Source: Octopus bimaculoides
Lineage: Eukaryota
DNA: 57,094 nt
Reading direction: 5' to 3'
Assembly (NCBI RefSeq): GCF_001194135.2
Contig: NC_068990.1
Location: forward strand, 2,243,996-2,301,089
Shown here: piece by piece, positions 1-12,293 of the stretch
Position numbering within the stretch: the first letter of the stretch is position 1
Layout of the letters: every line of letters starts with the position of its first letter
Position numbers and translations under genes: made by a program
The notes under the pieces: model-generated
Told to the model about the DNA's origin: nothing
What the model saw: the letters and a program-made list of their open reading frames with translations, nothing else
Databases searched by the model: none

Positions 1-316
1 TATTGAACTGTCATGCCATGTATTGGAATTGTTATTATGTAATGCTCTATTCTAATGTTTTAAATGTATTCTGTGATGTTATGTATGTAAAAAGAAAAGG
101 TTACCCAACGCATGGTCTTCGTGTTGTTTCTTCCTCCCGTCCTTTTTTTGCCTGTGTTGTTCTTAGTTGCGTGCTCCAGCCGGGGCTTTATTATCGGTCA
201 GGTGACCGAGACGGGTTGCTAGCTCGCTGAGTGTGAACGTTTGCGCGCGCGCGCGGTCTCTCTTCGGTATTGAGGAGGTGCTTCGCGTGCGGGCGTTCGT
301 AAAAATATATATATAA

Positions 317-379
317 GCGTGATTGTGTGGTAAGAAGTTAGCTTCCCAACACCACATGGCTCGGGCTTCAGTCCCACTG
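317..379 (+). mobile_element. SINE family A 5' head, truncated by an N-gap
   Basis: gtgtggtaagaagttagcttcccaac-accacatggctcgggcttcagtcccactg matches the heads of the copies at 20838-21246, 47092-47580 and 55115-55448. Confidence 0.8.
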
Positions 380-2331
380 NNNNNNNNNNNNNNNNNNNNN
401 NNNNNNNNNNNNNNNNNNNNNNNNNNNNNNNNNNNNNNNNNNNNNNNNNNNNNNNNNNNNNNNNNNNNNNNNNNNNNNTATATAGCTATTTATATATATA
501 GATGTCTACTCTTTATCCGAGGACGATCATTACTGGCAGGTAAGAGTTTGCTATGCCCGAGTAGAGGCCTTCAGGGGACGATATAGCTTGCACAACACCA
601 CAACGACTCTCACTATAAATACCAGGAAGGCCAGAAAATGCATAGCCCAAGATATTCGTCTCAGTAGTGCAGCGGATGTTTTTTTATATACGAGTTAGCT
701 TACTGCGCCTTCGGACAGCAACCTGAATATTTCTACATCCCGTCGCTTAAATGCTATTTGATCCATAGCAACGATTTTGCTTCTCCAAGAAAGAGTATAT
801 CTTGGACCAGCTGTGGCTAAGAGGTTGTTTCACTCTTCAAAATCCTGGAGCTCCTAAAACAGAGTCCTATTAGTGAGGGAAATTTAAAGTCATATATATA
901 TATATATATATATTGCGAGCCGGAGCAAATTCTTGCTATTTTTAGCGGCCGTGAGTTCTCCAGTGATGATGGGGACAAATAGCTTCAAACTGTCCTATCT
1001 TTTGATCCTGTCGTCTGCTAGAAGATATATATATATACATCAAAGCCAACATACATGTCTTGTTAGAACATCTAATACTGAGTCATTAGACTTGAGACAA
1101 TCTCTAACATAGGCACTAGCAAATCCTCAGTGGAAAGCGTCCGGTCACCGCATTCCAGGCAAATGTCGATGCTATGAGATATGAAACATCATCATCATCC
1201 TGATCTCGCAGTAACCAGCAGGTTAATTAAAAACCAAGTATCTTCGACGGCTTTCTTACAACACCGAGCACTGTGTTATTAGCCTTGAGAGATCCTTGCA
1301 TATAGGCGCTTGGTGCGTAAAAGCAAATACATTGGCGGGCGCTTCCCACAGATGATTTGGCAGTATAACAAACATATTATACACACACGCACGCACACCC
1401 GCACGCACACACACAGACACAGACACACACACACACACACACATACATATATAATTAGCAGACTTCGAAGTTATTGTCAATAATATTCTCGTTTAAGAGT
1501 AATCANNNNNNNNNNNNNNNNNNNNNNNNNNNNNNNNNNNNNNNNNNNNNNNNNNNNNNNNNNNNNNNNNNNNNNNNNNNNNNNNNNNNNNNNNNNNNNN
1601 NNNNNNNNNNNNNNNNNNNNNNNNNNNNNNNNNNNNNNNNNNNNNNNNNNNNNNNNNNNNNNNNNNNNNNNNNNNNNNNNNNNNNNNNNNNNNNNNNNNN
1701 NNNNNNNNNNNNNNNNNNNNNNNNNNNNNNNNNNNNNNNNNNNNNNNNNNNNNNNNNNNNNNNNNNNNNNNNNNNNNNNNNNNNNNNNNNNNNNNNNNNN
1801 NNNNNNNNNNNNNNNNNNNNNNNNNNNNNNNNNNNNNNNNNNNNNNNNNNNNNNNNNNNNNNNNNNNNNNNNNNNNNNNNNNNNNNNNNNNNNNNNNNNN
1901 NNNNNNNNNNNNNNNNNNNNNNNNNNNNNNNNNNNNNNNNNNNNNNNNNNNNNNNNNNNNNNNNNNNNNNNNNNNNNNNNNNNNNNNNNNNNNNNNNNNN
2001 NNNNNNNNNNNNNNNNNNNNNNNNNNNNNNNNNNNNNNNNNNNNNNNNNNNNNNNNNNNNNNNNNNNNNNNNNNNNNNNNNNNNNNNNNNNNNNNNNNNN
2101 NNNNNNNNNNNNNNNNNNNNNNNNNNNNNNNNNNNNNNNNNNNNNNNNNNNNNNNNNNNNNNNNNNNNNNNNNNNNNNNNNNNNNNNNNNNNNNNNNNNN
2201 NNNNNNNNNNNNNNNNNNNNNNNNNNNNNNNNNNNNNNNNNNNNNNNNNNNNNNNNNNNNNNNNNNNNNNNNNNNNNNNNNNNNNNNNNNNNNNNNNNNN
2301 NNNNNNNNNNNNNNNNNNNNNNNNNNNNNNN

Positions 2332-2382
<51 letters not shown>
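2332..2382. repeat. (CT)n microsatellite bordering a gap
   Basis: direct reading. Confidence 0.95.
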
Positions 2383-2386
<4 letters not shown>

Positions 2387-2865
2387 GATATGTTAAATAA
2401 CTAATTACGTCAACTTATATGAGGTTCAGAGAACATATTGACTCAGTTAAGCATCCGAGCCATGTAGATTTTCCAGATTTACACTTAGAAAATTTACGTC
2501 TCTTGGCTTTGATAATTCGGGCTTCATCTTTACTAAAACACTTATAATAAGGCGTGATAACATAATTTATAAATCTACTTTCCAGTTGTATGTTTTTTTT
2601 ATGGCTATTCAGTAATATCACTCACAATAAAAGCCAGTGATATCAGCCTTGGGCTATAATAGACAAGTTGTCTCCACAGTTTTGCCTTTTGACAAATAGG
2701 CAGGTACGACGACCTGTAATCATTGGTTATATATCGTCCACTTGAATCGCATTGCATAAGCACGCACTCAGACATAAACCATACACACATTCAATCTCGC
2801 ACATATGCACATATACACATGCACACACACATTCAATCCCACACATACACACAATCACACACACA

Positions 2866-2924
<59 letters not shown>

Positions 2925-2980
2925 NNNNNNNNNNNNNNNNNNNNNNNNNNNNNNNNNNNNNNNNNNNNNNNNNNNNNNNN

Positions 2981-3054
<74 letters not shown>

Positions 3055-3088
3055 ATGGAGCTAAACGCATATAAATAAAAGTTCCTTT

Positions 3089-3179
3089 AATTCCTACACA
3101 TGTTTCAAAATATATGAGACTTCCTTCACAAAGAAGTAAGCGCTGCTGGGATTCCTCATATATTCCTCTTCAGGGAATT
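3089..3179 (-). ncRNA. Type I hammerhead ribozyme motif with intact core
   Basis: The minus strand reads aattcc-CTGAAGA-ggaatatatgag-(36 nt loop)-ctcatatatttt-GAAA-catgt-GTA-ggaatt. Stem I is 6 bp and stem II 12 bp with two G.U pairs. Stem III is ACA/TGT with a 2-nt loop, and the cleavage triplet is GUA. Confidence 0.8.
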
Positions 3180-3317
3180 CATAATAAACATATAAGAGCA
3201 AGACAAATACGAAATGACGAGGTAACTTACGAGCAAAGATGTTACATGGTCAGTACATCTTTGCTCGTAAGTTACCTCCTCATTTCGTATTTGTCTTGCT
3301 CTTATATGTTTATTATA

Positions 3318-3408
3318 AATTCCCCGAAGAGGAATATATGAGGAATCCCAGCAGCGCTTACTTCTTTGTGAAGGAGCTCTCATATATTTTGAAACATGTG
3401 CAGGAATT
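3318..3408 (+). ncRNA. Type I hammerhead ribozyme motif with mutated core (U4C and U16.1C)
   Basis: aattcc-CCGAAGA-ggaatatatgag-(loop)-ctcatatatttt-GAAA-catgt-GCA-ggaatt; inverted twin of 3089-3179. Confidence 0.75.
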
Positions 3409-4539
3409 AAAGGAACATTTATTTATATGCGTTTTGCTCCATTTATTATTATTATTCATATCTTCTCAAAATGTATCACTTTAACTTGGTAACTCTACCT
3501 GTAAAACGGCTGTGATATCTTGTTTTTTTTTAGTGTAATTTTGCTACCTCTGGTAACTATTAACATATTTGCATTATCAAGGGTTTTTGTAATAACTGAG
3601 ATAATATTAATATATACATAAACTGATATATATATATATATATATATGTATATACACAACATGGTATCATGGCTACAGCCCAAATGTGATTAGAAAGTCG
3701 GTGCTAGATTCCTGAGACTTTGTTGCCTCTAAATTTCGGTCCTTCGTTCTGGAAGACAAATCAAGTACTTTTCCTAGACATCTTTCCAATATTTTCCTGG
3801 AAAGGACTTAACTAAACTTAAAATGGTGTTACTCTTACTCCATCACTGTTTGCAACACCACCTCACAATCACAGCTTGTGGGCAATTAACACGATCGTTT
3901 TTCTCACCTCATGCATATGTTTATGTGCGCATGTAGATGAGGGGAAATGAATACAGATTTCGGTGACAATGGAAATTATAAATCTTTGACGCTGGTTCGA
4001 AGAAAATATTAGAAGGCAAGAAACCCGGGGGGTTTCGTTCTGCCTCTTTATGTCCTGACAATGATAAAGATGACAGCGACCTCAAGCTGTATTCTCCCAA
4101 CATGGTGGCCTTTCCTTCAGATAAATATCAACGGCACGAAGAAGCAACACTTGCTTGAATGGGGAGCTGCCATTTTTGAAAAAAATGTACATTGACTCAT
4201 GGCGCTTTATTACCAAATGAATGCTTCACATCTTAAAGCTCGCGGAGAGAAATCTATTATTCCTAACATGTCGTACGACCACACAGGTACGCTTTCCTCG
4301 ATCTCTCCAGTACTATGAGATTCTATGTATTCGTGTTAGATGTTTGTATTGGTACCGTATGTGATATTTTATATTTAACAGGATTTCCGAAATTGACATA
4401 ACAGAAACACAATGATGGTATCAATTGAACAGAACAAGTAATATTTGCTCGAGACAAATATTCTCGATTCGATTCAGGAAGTATGAAAGATTAAATAAAC
4501 CTGAGCAGAATTAGAATTAAGAAAATAAAGTGACTTATG

Positions 4540-4597
<58 letters not shown>

Positions 4598-4849
4598 TGT
4601 GTGTGTGTGTATATATTTATATATGTATGTATATTTACCGCCACTGAATCTATGTGTAAATCTCTAGAGTGTGTTGCATGCACCACCTATAGAGATGCTG
4701 TAAAATGAGTTTGAATGACAAAAGGTTACATCATATATTACAACAAAATATCATAGAAATTTTGTATGCATTAAGGACCACACTTCCCATTAATAACTGC
4801 ATTGATGAAAGAAGACTTCAAAACAACCTGGTAGCGACGCCTCTTAAAA

Positions 4850-5799
4850 ATGGAGAAAATTTGGCATCCTGATGTTATCAAGTACCTGTAAACAAACGGT
4901 GTAGCCATGAAGGACATTCGTGCTGACATAGTGGCTACTTTAGCAACAATAATAAAGTGGACATCTAAATTCAGGAGGGGAAGGGAGAGTATTGAAGATG
5001 ACACAAGAACAGGAAATCGACTATGAATCTATAAGCAAATGTTATTAGCATAACCCATGAGAGAGTTGAGAATATTCTGCATAACTAATTTGGCACGACG
5101 AAGGTATCTTCTTCGGTAGGTGCCACATCTTTGGACACCTGATCACATTACGGGAAAATCTGACACTGGATTTCGGGCAAATCCAGCTGGTTTCCTTGAG
5201 CGTTTCCTAATCCCGAATAGGTGTTGGTTCCATCATTTTGAGCCAGAAATAAAGAGACGATCTATGTTGAGGTAACACCCCTGCTCATCTGCTCAATAGG
5301 AAGCTAAGGTAGTTTCATCTGCAGGGAAGGAAATGGCCTCAAATTTTTGGGATGCAAGGGCATTGTGTGTATTGTCTAGCGTGTAAAGGGTCACACCATC
5401 GATGGAGAGTTCTATGCCAACTTTCTGAGGCATTTACGATATGTTGTTAAGAACAAACACACAAGAAAACTAACGAAAGGAGACTTGTTTTAGGGGGACA
5501 ATGTTCCAGTACGCGAGTATTTGGCTTAAAAATCTGCTGTGTATCTCTGTGGCTTTGAACTGGATGATAACCACCCCGATTCTCCTGATTCGTCCCTGTC
5601 TGACTATTATCTGCTCCCCAACATGAAAGAACACTTGGCTGGGAACCAGTATCGAAGTGAAGATGATGTTTTATCTGCCGTTGATGACCTTTTTGATCAA
5701 CAGGATGGAAGCTTCTTCACCGATGGTATCCATGCTCTGCAAGACCGATGAAAAAATTGTGTTGGTCTCAGGAGCAGGGGGGACTTTGTTGAAAAATAA
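4850..5799 (+). pseudogene. Mariner (DD34D-type) transposase, degraded
   Basis: Fragments read MEKIWHPDVIKYL, KWTSKFRRGRESIEDD, VPHL, WFHHFEPEIKRRSM, DNVP and HPDSPDSSLSDYYLLPNMKEHLAG...GDFVEK*. These follow the mariner WVPHL, DNAP and YSPDLAPSD motifs, with several stops and frameshifts. Confidence 0.93.
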
Positions 5800-6703
5800 G
5801 CGTCGCTCCATGAGAATATCTTGGTAGTCAACTCTCGAACATACGGCAAAAATCAGGATTTCCTCTCAGTTTGCTGCCATTCATTGTATTTATCTCTTTA
5901 TTCTTCTGGCCAATATATAGTTTTTCCTTTATTATTTTATAGCTTTGTTTTGCTCGTCACATTTTCAATTTCTTTGTTCTTCCTATTTTTATAATGTTCT
6001 TCACTTTTCTGTGTCTTGCCTTCATTAAAAAATCTCTTCACACATGTGAACACTAATGATTCTGGGTCATGCATTTCACCTCAAGGATTTATCAATCAGT
6101 AACTTTATTCACTTTCAAAATACCACTCCAAATTCAACATTTTCATAGCACTACTAACACCACCGCAAACATTAAATTATGCAACACCTTAAACCTACTG
6201 ATGCCACTAAAATCTAAACACACCAGTGGTTTCTAAGACCAACAAATTCATTGCTGTCTGAACGCACACATACACTACCTACCGCAGCGCAACCACCAAC
6301 AACTACATTCTCCAGATACCCTACTACACCCACACAATGTCTTTCTACATTGTCACAGCCATGCTGCTCAGGATTAAAGAACACAAAACGATGATTGCTT
6401 ATAGAGAAAACGCATGCTGTCCATTTCGAAATGATGCACTATGTCACTTGCACAGTCTATTGATTTATCGATAATGTCTTGCTGTTTCCATTTGTCTTTT
6501 CTTTTCGTGAGAGTAAACACTGCTTCTATCTTCTTGCACTTGGGCAGATAATATGCTTGCAAACATCACCCTGATTTTAGCTTTCGTAGTTTTGTTGTTT
6601 TTATTTAATATTGAGATACACAGGAGATCAAGATATTTGACTGTTGTATCAAATAGAGAAAGAGAGGTGGGAATAAATGAAGAGAATGGAAAACGGAAGA
6701 AGG

Positions 6704-6738
<35 letters not shown>

Positions 6739-8110
6739 CAGTAAGCGGATTAAAGCTACAAGAAAAGAAAAATAGCAAAAAGGAAAAATAATTTGTTTTC
6801 GCGCCTGAGTGAGAGGGAAGACGGAGATAAATACAGATTAAGTTTGTGGGAGACTGTGCAGGAGAATCAAGAAAAAGAAGAATTACGCAAAAGAAATAGA
6901 AACGCAAACAAGTTGTTGTTTTTGTTTTAGCTCGAAGTCAAGCAGAATTATGGTTAAAAGCATTGAAGCCGTTCCCACACCGTCTAATCATTTGTTTCAG
7001 TTATACATTCTAGGCTGCATTATTTAATAAGACCATGCTTGTTTATTCTTTTAGATGGTAGGATGGCATTTGAGGAGCAAATTTGGTTGTTGTTTCTAGC
7101 AGGTCGAATGACCATATAGAGTCTCACTTGTTGGCTCCACACAAATAAATAGTTGGTTCGTTGAAGGTCAGCCCCGATGTAACAGATCTATTTTCAAAGA
7201 CATTTCATCAGCTAACTCTAAAATACCTTTTCAGATGTATATTTTGTCCTTGTCCATGACGGTAGGGTACGAATTTTAGAAGATTTAACTGCTCTTACTT
7301 CTAAGAAGGAAGCTTTTCCAAGGCCGAGTAAGCGACCATACCTAGGTTTACTTGTTAGAAACACATAGAATATACGATCCTTTTCTGGTGCAACATCGCT
7401 GTCGAATTTTCTGATGCAACATTGCCGTCGAAAGAGTGTTATATTTTTGATCCAGTTACATTTTTATAATTATAGATGAATTTCTATACATGACGTTTTT
7501 CATTTCTGCTTTGTCATTTGGATTTCAATTTAACAGATTCCGTTCTAGACTTGAAAATGTCTAAGCTTTACAGTAAAGAACCAGTACATAATCTATTATT
7601 TATTGTATATATTTACAGACGCTGAGACATGTTTTCACAATTTTCTTCAATTACCACTCTTAGACTAAATACTATGTCACATTCCATCTTACATACGACG
7701 GATACAGATAAATACGCAGACGTATCATGTGCACTTTATCTATCGGATAAGGTGCACACTATGTGTAAATGTTTGAGTGGCCAACCTGATGTATTGAAGC
7801 ATTTTAATTATTTTTCCCACTCGAATGTAACAAACATACTGCTGGGCTTACCTTTTATTTTATTGCCCCAAAGCTTTAAAAATGGTTACCAATATAATAT
7901 ATAGTGTATAGGTTTCTTTCCAATCTATTAGATTAACCATAGTGTACCTAAGCGTTTAATATATCCTGTAGCTCTTTGCATCGCAACTGTAATAGTGCGA
8001 GACCGTATTTTCCCATGTATTGTATTTAGAGCAGAAATAAGTATAAAAAGAAATTTCGCCATGAAGAAAGACAATTACTGAAGAAGGAAAGAGAGAGAGA
8101 GAAACAGAGT

Positions 8111-8111
<1 letters not shown>

Positions 8112-8176
<65 letters not shown>
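8112..8176. repeat. (GA)n microsatellite
   Basis: direct reading. Confidence 0.95.
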
Positions 8177-8179
<3 letters not shown>

Positions 8180-10339
8180 TGAGAAAAAATGTGAAATGAG
8201 CGCAAATAGGAGAGGAATAAAAATAAAAACAAAAATAGTGAGACTTATAAAGTATGACAGTGTGTGTGAAGAAGAGAAACTTAAATGAATAACGTTATCT
8301 TTGCATGTATAACTATTTAGATGTTGCAAATTACAGTGGTGGAGGAGACATTCATTTCGTAACCACATTACAGTGTTGGAACGCGACTAGAGAATTGATT
8401 GTCACTTAATGCTTCAAGTCACGTATACACGGACGTCATTTGTTTTACCATTCCATTGTCTCAGTAGATGCATACTTGATCTCTGCAATTCAAGATTAAG
8501 AAACATTTTGAGATGGAAGTGCAAGGAAATGAAAGGCTTCGCTTTCAATATGATGTCAGGTATCCTATTTACTCAACCACCCGAAAACTATATTCGCATT
8601 AACAATAATTGGAATCCCAGTTAAATTCCTAAATATCTTAAATAGCTTTTGTTCCTTACTTTATTTCAACCATCGCTGTTGGGTTCATCTGGAGCACTAC
8701 TTTCATGCTTTCTAGTACAATTTTCTTTTTATTTAGAAAAAGAAAATCATGGATATTTTCTCTTAGAACTTGTTGCAGTCAAGTTTTTCTTTGCCTACAA
8801 GTTAAAGGAGAAAAGATAACACTGAGACAGGATTGCGTGTGTGTATATGTGTGCGTAAGTTTGTGTGTGTGTGTATCTGTGTGTGTGTGCGTGTGCGTAG
8901 GTGTTTGCGTGTACGTACGTGTGTGCATATGCGCACAAAGAAGCAAAGACAGGGAGATATTACGACCCGTGGCAAGGTGCAGGAAGAAGCAGTGCTTTTA
9001 TGTACCGTCTTCGATCACTAACAGCAGATTACACCCCTGAGTCACCCAGTGATGCTGTAAAACCGAGCGAAGGTTTACATTTACCTCGCCAAAGCAGTTG
9101 CAGTCCTCTCGGCAGGTTTCATAAATCTCTGCAGACACAATTTCATGAATTCCAGAATGAAATAAAATGACCTTGCTCATGTAGTGTGTATGGAAAGCGA
9201 AAACGGGACCACTTGATTGCGAAACAAATGTTTTAAACCGATGTCTATGCCTACGCTCATGTCCAATTCGCCTACTGAAACTTCTTTCCTGGCTAATATT
9301 TCCCAGGAAGTATTTTATAAACGTTACATGAACTGAATGAATTTAATCTTCTCCTTGCCCAAGTTTTAACCAATTGATATAAATTTCTTCGAAATGAAAT
9401 TCCCCTATGCTTTGTTTTACAGCGAAATTACTTATTTTCATTGAATAATCCATGATAGAACTAAATTTACTCTCATTCAATAACAAGATGGGATGTACTT
9501 TAGAACAAACATTATATTTATATTACTATATACTTAATAATACTATGATATTCTCCAATAATCATTACAAAATCCAGTCCATTTGCAGTTCATAATATTA
9601 TCTGACTACTGGTGGTTTCAAAAATATTATGAAAACTATACTTGTCTTCAAAAATAATATCTTCGAAAAATATATAATTTGCAAAACAAACGATGTGTAG
9701 GAATGCTATGGTAAAGTTTACAAATTACAAGATAGCTATTTTTTAGAATGTGCCTTAACAGGAATCGATAAATGTCTTTTACAGTTGTTATATATATAAT
9801 TTCATAACTGCCATAAAGTGTTTAATTATTCAATAGATAGATTGTTATAATACGTTGAGTTCACCACTTGCAGCTGTACAACATTGTAACATTTTGTTTT
9901 AAATAACTGATCCAATATTACTATTTTTCTCATGGAGAATGATACTTGGTGTATTATATTCTAACTCATGGACTGTCTGTATGCTCAATTGTTGTGATAT
10001 TTTCGTATTGACATTTTGCAAAACCAGGCGATGTTCCTATCAGCATTTAATAGATTTTCTCTAAGGACTGGTAGTTTAGACGTGTGTGAAATCATTAAGC
10101 TACTTTATTGCGTCTTCAAGAATATTTTGCTGAGGTTTGTGTGGAACATCTAGATGCAATGTTGGTTATTGTCTCAGAAGACGTTCAACATACATGAGAT
10201 ATGTAATCTTAAGTGGACATGTGGATATTCCTTTCATTCCATTCAGTATATCTATTAGTCGTGACCTGTTTGTGCTTCTCTCAATCTATTCAGGATGAAT
10301 TCATTCATTCAGGCTAGAATTATTCCGCCTCCTCCTCCC

Positions 10340-10510
10340 CTTCTTCTTCTTCTTCTTCTTCTTCTTCTTCTTCTTCTTCTTCTTCTTTTTCTTCTTCTTC
10401 TTCTTCTTCTTCTTCTTCTTCTTCTTCTTCTTCTTCTTCTTCTTCTCCTCCTTCTTCTTCTTCTTCTTCTTCTTCTTCTTCTTCTTCTTCTTCTTCTTCT
10501 TCTTCTTCTT
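10340..10510. repeat. (CTT)n microsatellite
   Basis: direct reading; source of the poly-L and poly-R ORFs. Confidence 0.97.
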
Positions 10511-10553
10511 CGACTACAAGAGCTTTGCCATCGCCACCACATTATCATTCACA

Positions 10554-10622
<69 letters not shown>

Positions 10623-10660
10623 TGTGTGCGCGTGCGTGCGCGTGCGTGCGTAGTTAAGAC

Positions 10661-10885
10661 TGCAAGCTGTCAGAATCGTTACGGCACCGGGTAAAATGCT
10701 TATCAGCTTTTCTTCTAACTTTGCACCCTGAGGTCAAATGCTACCGAGGTAGACTTTGCCTTTCATCCCTTCAGAGTCAATAAAAAGAGTTCCAATTGAT
10801 TAACCTCGGTGGACGGGTGGGTGTAATCGACTAGCACATTCTCGAAATTATATCGCTGGCTTTGTACGCAAATTTGAAACAATTA
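10661..10885 (+). mobile_element. SINE family B, diverged full-length copy
   Basis: gctgtcagaatcgtt...gaggtagactttgcctttcatccc...gtaatcgact...aaatttgaaac, shared with 14362-14515 and 29105-29317. Confidence 0.85.
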
Positions 10886-11877
10886 TATATAAATTTGTGT
10901 GGGTGTGCTTCTGTGTGGAATTTTATGTATATATTTAAACGTATGTGTATAATGTACGTGTAGGGAAGAGTCTGAATTTTAATAAAATTCAGTCCTCATT
11001 CTCCTTCTCTCCTATCTATTGCACTAGCGTTTTACATAGTTAAACATGTCCTGTCGGAGTGTACTACTGCAAACCTATACAAGCGAACATGTAGAAAACA
11101 AAATAGGAATTTTAAAAGAACTAGGTATATATATCTACTTTTTAAACATTCACTGATTATAGGAGTCCACCAGAGCAAAATTGTAATCAAAAGGTGGAAA
11201 TGGTTGATAGCCATTGGTTCAGAGTAACGTAAAACGCCCAAAAATAGTCAGAAAGAGCAAACAAAAGGAAAGAGTAAGAGAATGAGATTTAAAGGGAAGG
11301 GGCTAAAATATTTTAAGAGGCTTCAGCTGAACCTAATACAGGGTAGATACACAATTAAAGGAGTTTCGTTTTTAACAGACGGTGCAGTACATGATTCGAG
11401 GGATCTGTACTGAACAATTAATTATACGATGTTTTTTCGAAGGCGCTAGCTACCCAAGGGCAATTGCATCTGTCCCTTTAGTTACACAAACGGCCAGTTT
11501 TACAAGGCAATGAGGAAATATTAACTGTCTTGTTACTAAACTTCTTATTATGAAGAGATATAGCATAAGTATTTCTATTTCTGTTAGACTGACAAGTGTC
11601 ATTAATAGAGGAGCTAAATGAAGAAGAGCTACCAGGACCATTATTACCACTTATGTAATTACCAATATTGATTAATTTCTTGCTATTCATATCAGCTAAA
11701 TTAAGCGTAGTAGAATAAGCAGATCTGTGTGCCTATTGAATAAACTTGGACATTTATTACGATAATTATTGAAACGGTCAGAACTTAAAAATAAATGTAA
11801 TACCCATACTTCCATTCTTTTACTTATATTATTTCTTAAAGAAATTTTAGTTGATATCTCTATATATGAATAATACA

Positions 11878-11976
11878 AGGTGGTGAGCTGGCAGAAACGT
11901 TAGCACGCGGGTGAAATGCTTAGCGGTATTTCGTCTGTCTTTATATTCTGAGTTCAAATTCCGCCGAGGTGGAATT
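11878..11976 (+). mobile_element. SINE family B 5' part, cut by a gap
   Basis: ggtgagctggcagaaacgttagcacgcgggtgaaatgcttagcggtatttcg...ctgagttcaaattccgccgagg; tRNA-like B-box gagttcaaatt. Confidence 0.9.
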
Positions 11977-12258
11977 NNNNNNNNNNTCATAAAAAATTTT
12001 ATCAGTGGCCAGCATATAAAATAGACATTTTTCGGTAAATTCATATACAGAAATTTTTGATAGTATAAACTGCAAACATAATTAAGGGCGCAAAGGCTCA
12101 TGTGCCTATATGCTGAAGCTAGACGCTAAAGCTACGGGTAAATTATAGAGTGATTGCTTCGAGTGGTTGCTGACAGATTTTTCTGCTCTGTAAGGGATAT
12201 TATCCCATGTATACTGTTCTATCAGTATTTACGCGTTGAAAAATATATCTCTCTACTT

Positions 12259-12293
<35 letters not shown>

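Larger units (their letters stand above)
3041..3456. repeat. Foldback inverted repeat with 202-bp arms and a 12-nt spacer; outer ends are (AAT)n/(ATT)n
   Basis: 3041-3242 is the reverse complement of 3255-3456 with 8 mismatches (about 96% identity); spacer tacatggtcagt. Confidence 0.97.

Noticed and set aside
225-285. Minus-strand CCGAAGA...CAAACGTT resembling a hammerhead
   Set aside because: No stem I pairing and no stem II adjoining the core
479-1370. Short matches (gaggacgat..tactg; taaaagcaa..tggcagtata) to the 53611/54071 repeat family
   Set aside because: Too short and diverged to align with confidence, and no ribozyme core could be built
1474-2388. Long ORFs of 100-330 aa containing X runs (also 17347, 29403, 38344-39361, 43601, 53136, 54206)
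   Set aside because: They are translated N-gaps plus microsatellites
6361-6562. RIKEHK (GIY-YIG-like) on plus and a 62-aa ORF on minus
   Set aside because: No upstream YIG motif and no convincing splice sites
11478-11700. Ser/Asn-rich minus ORF with N-glycosylation sequons
   Set aside because: Low complexity, several equally weak donors, no recognisable domain
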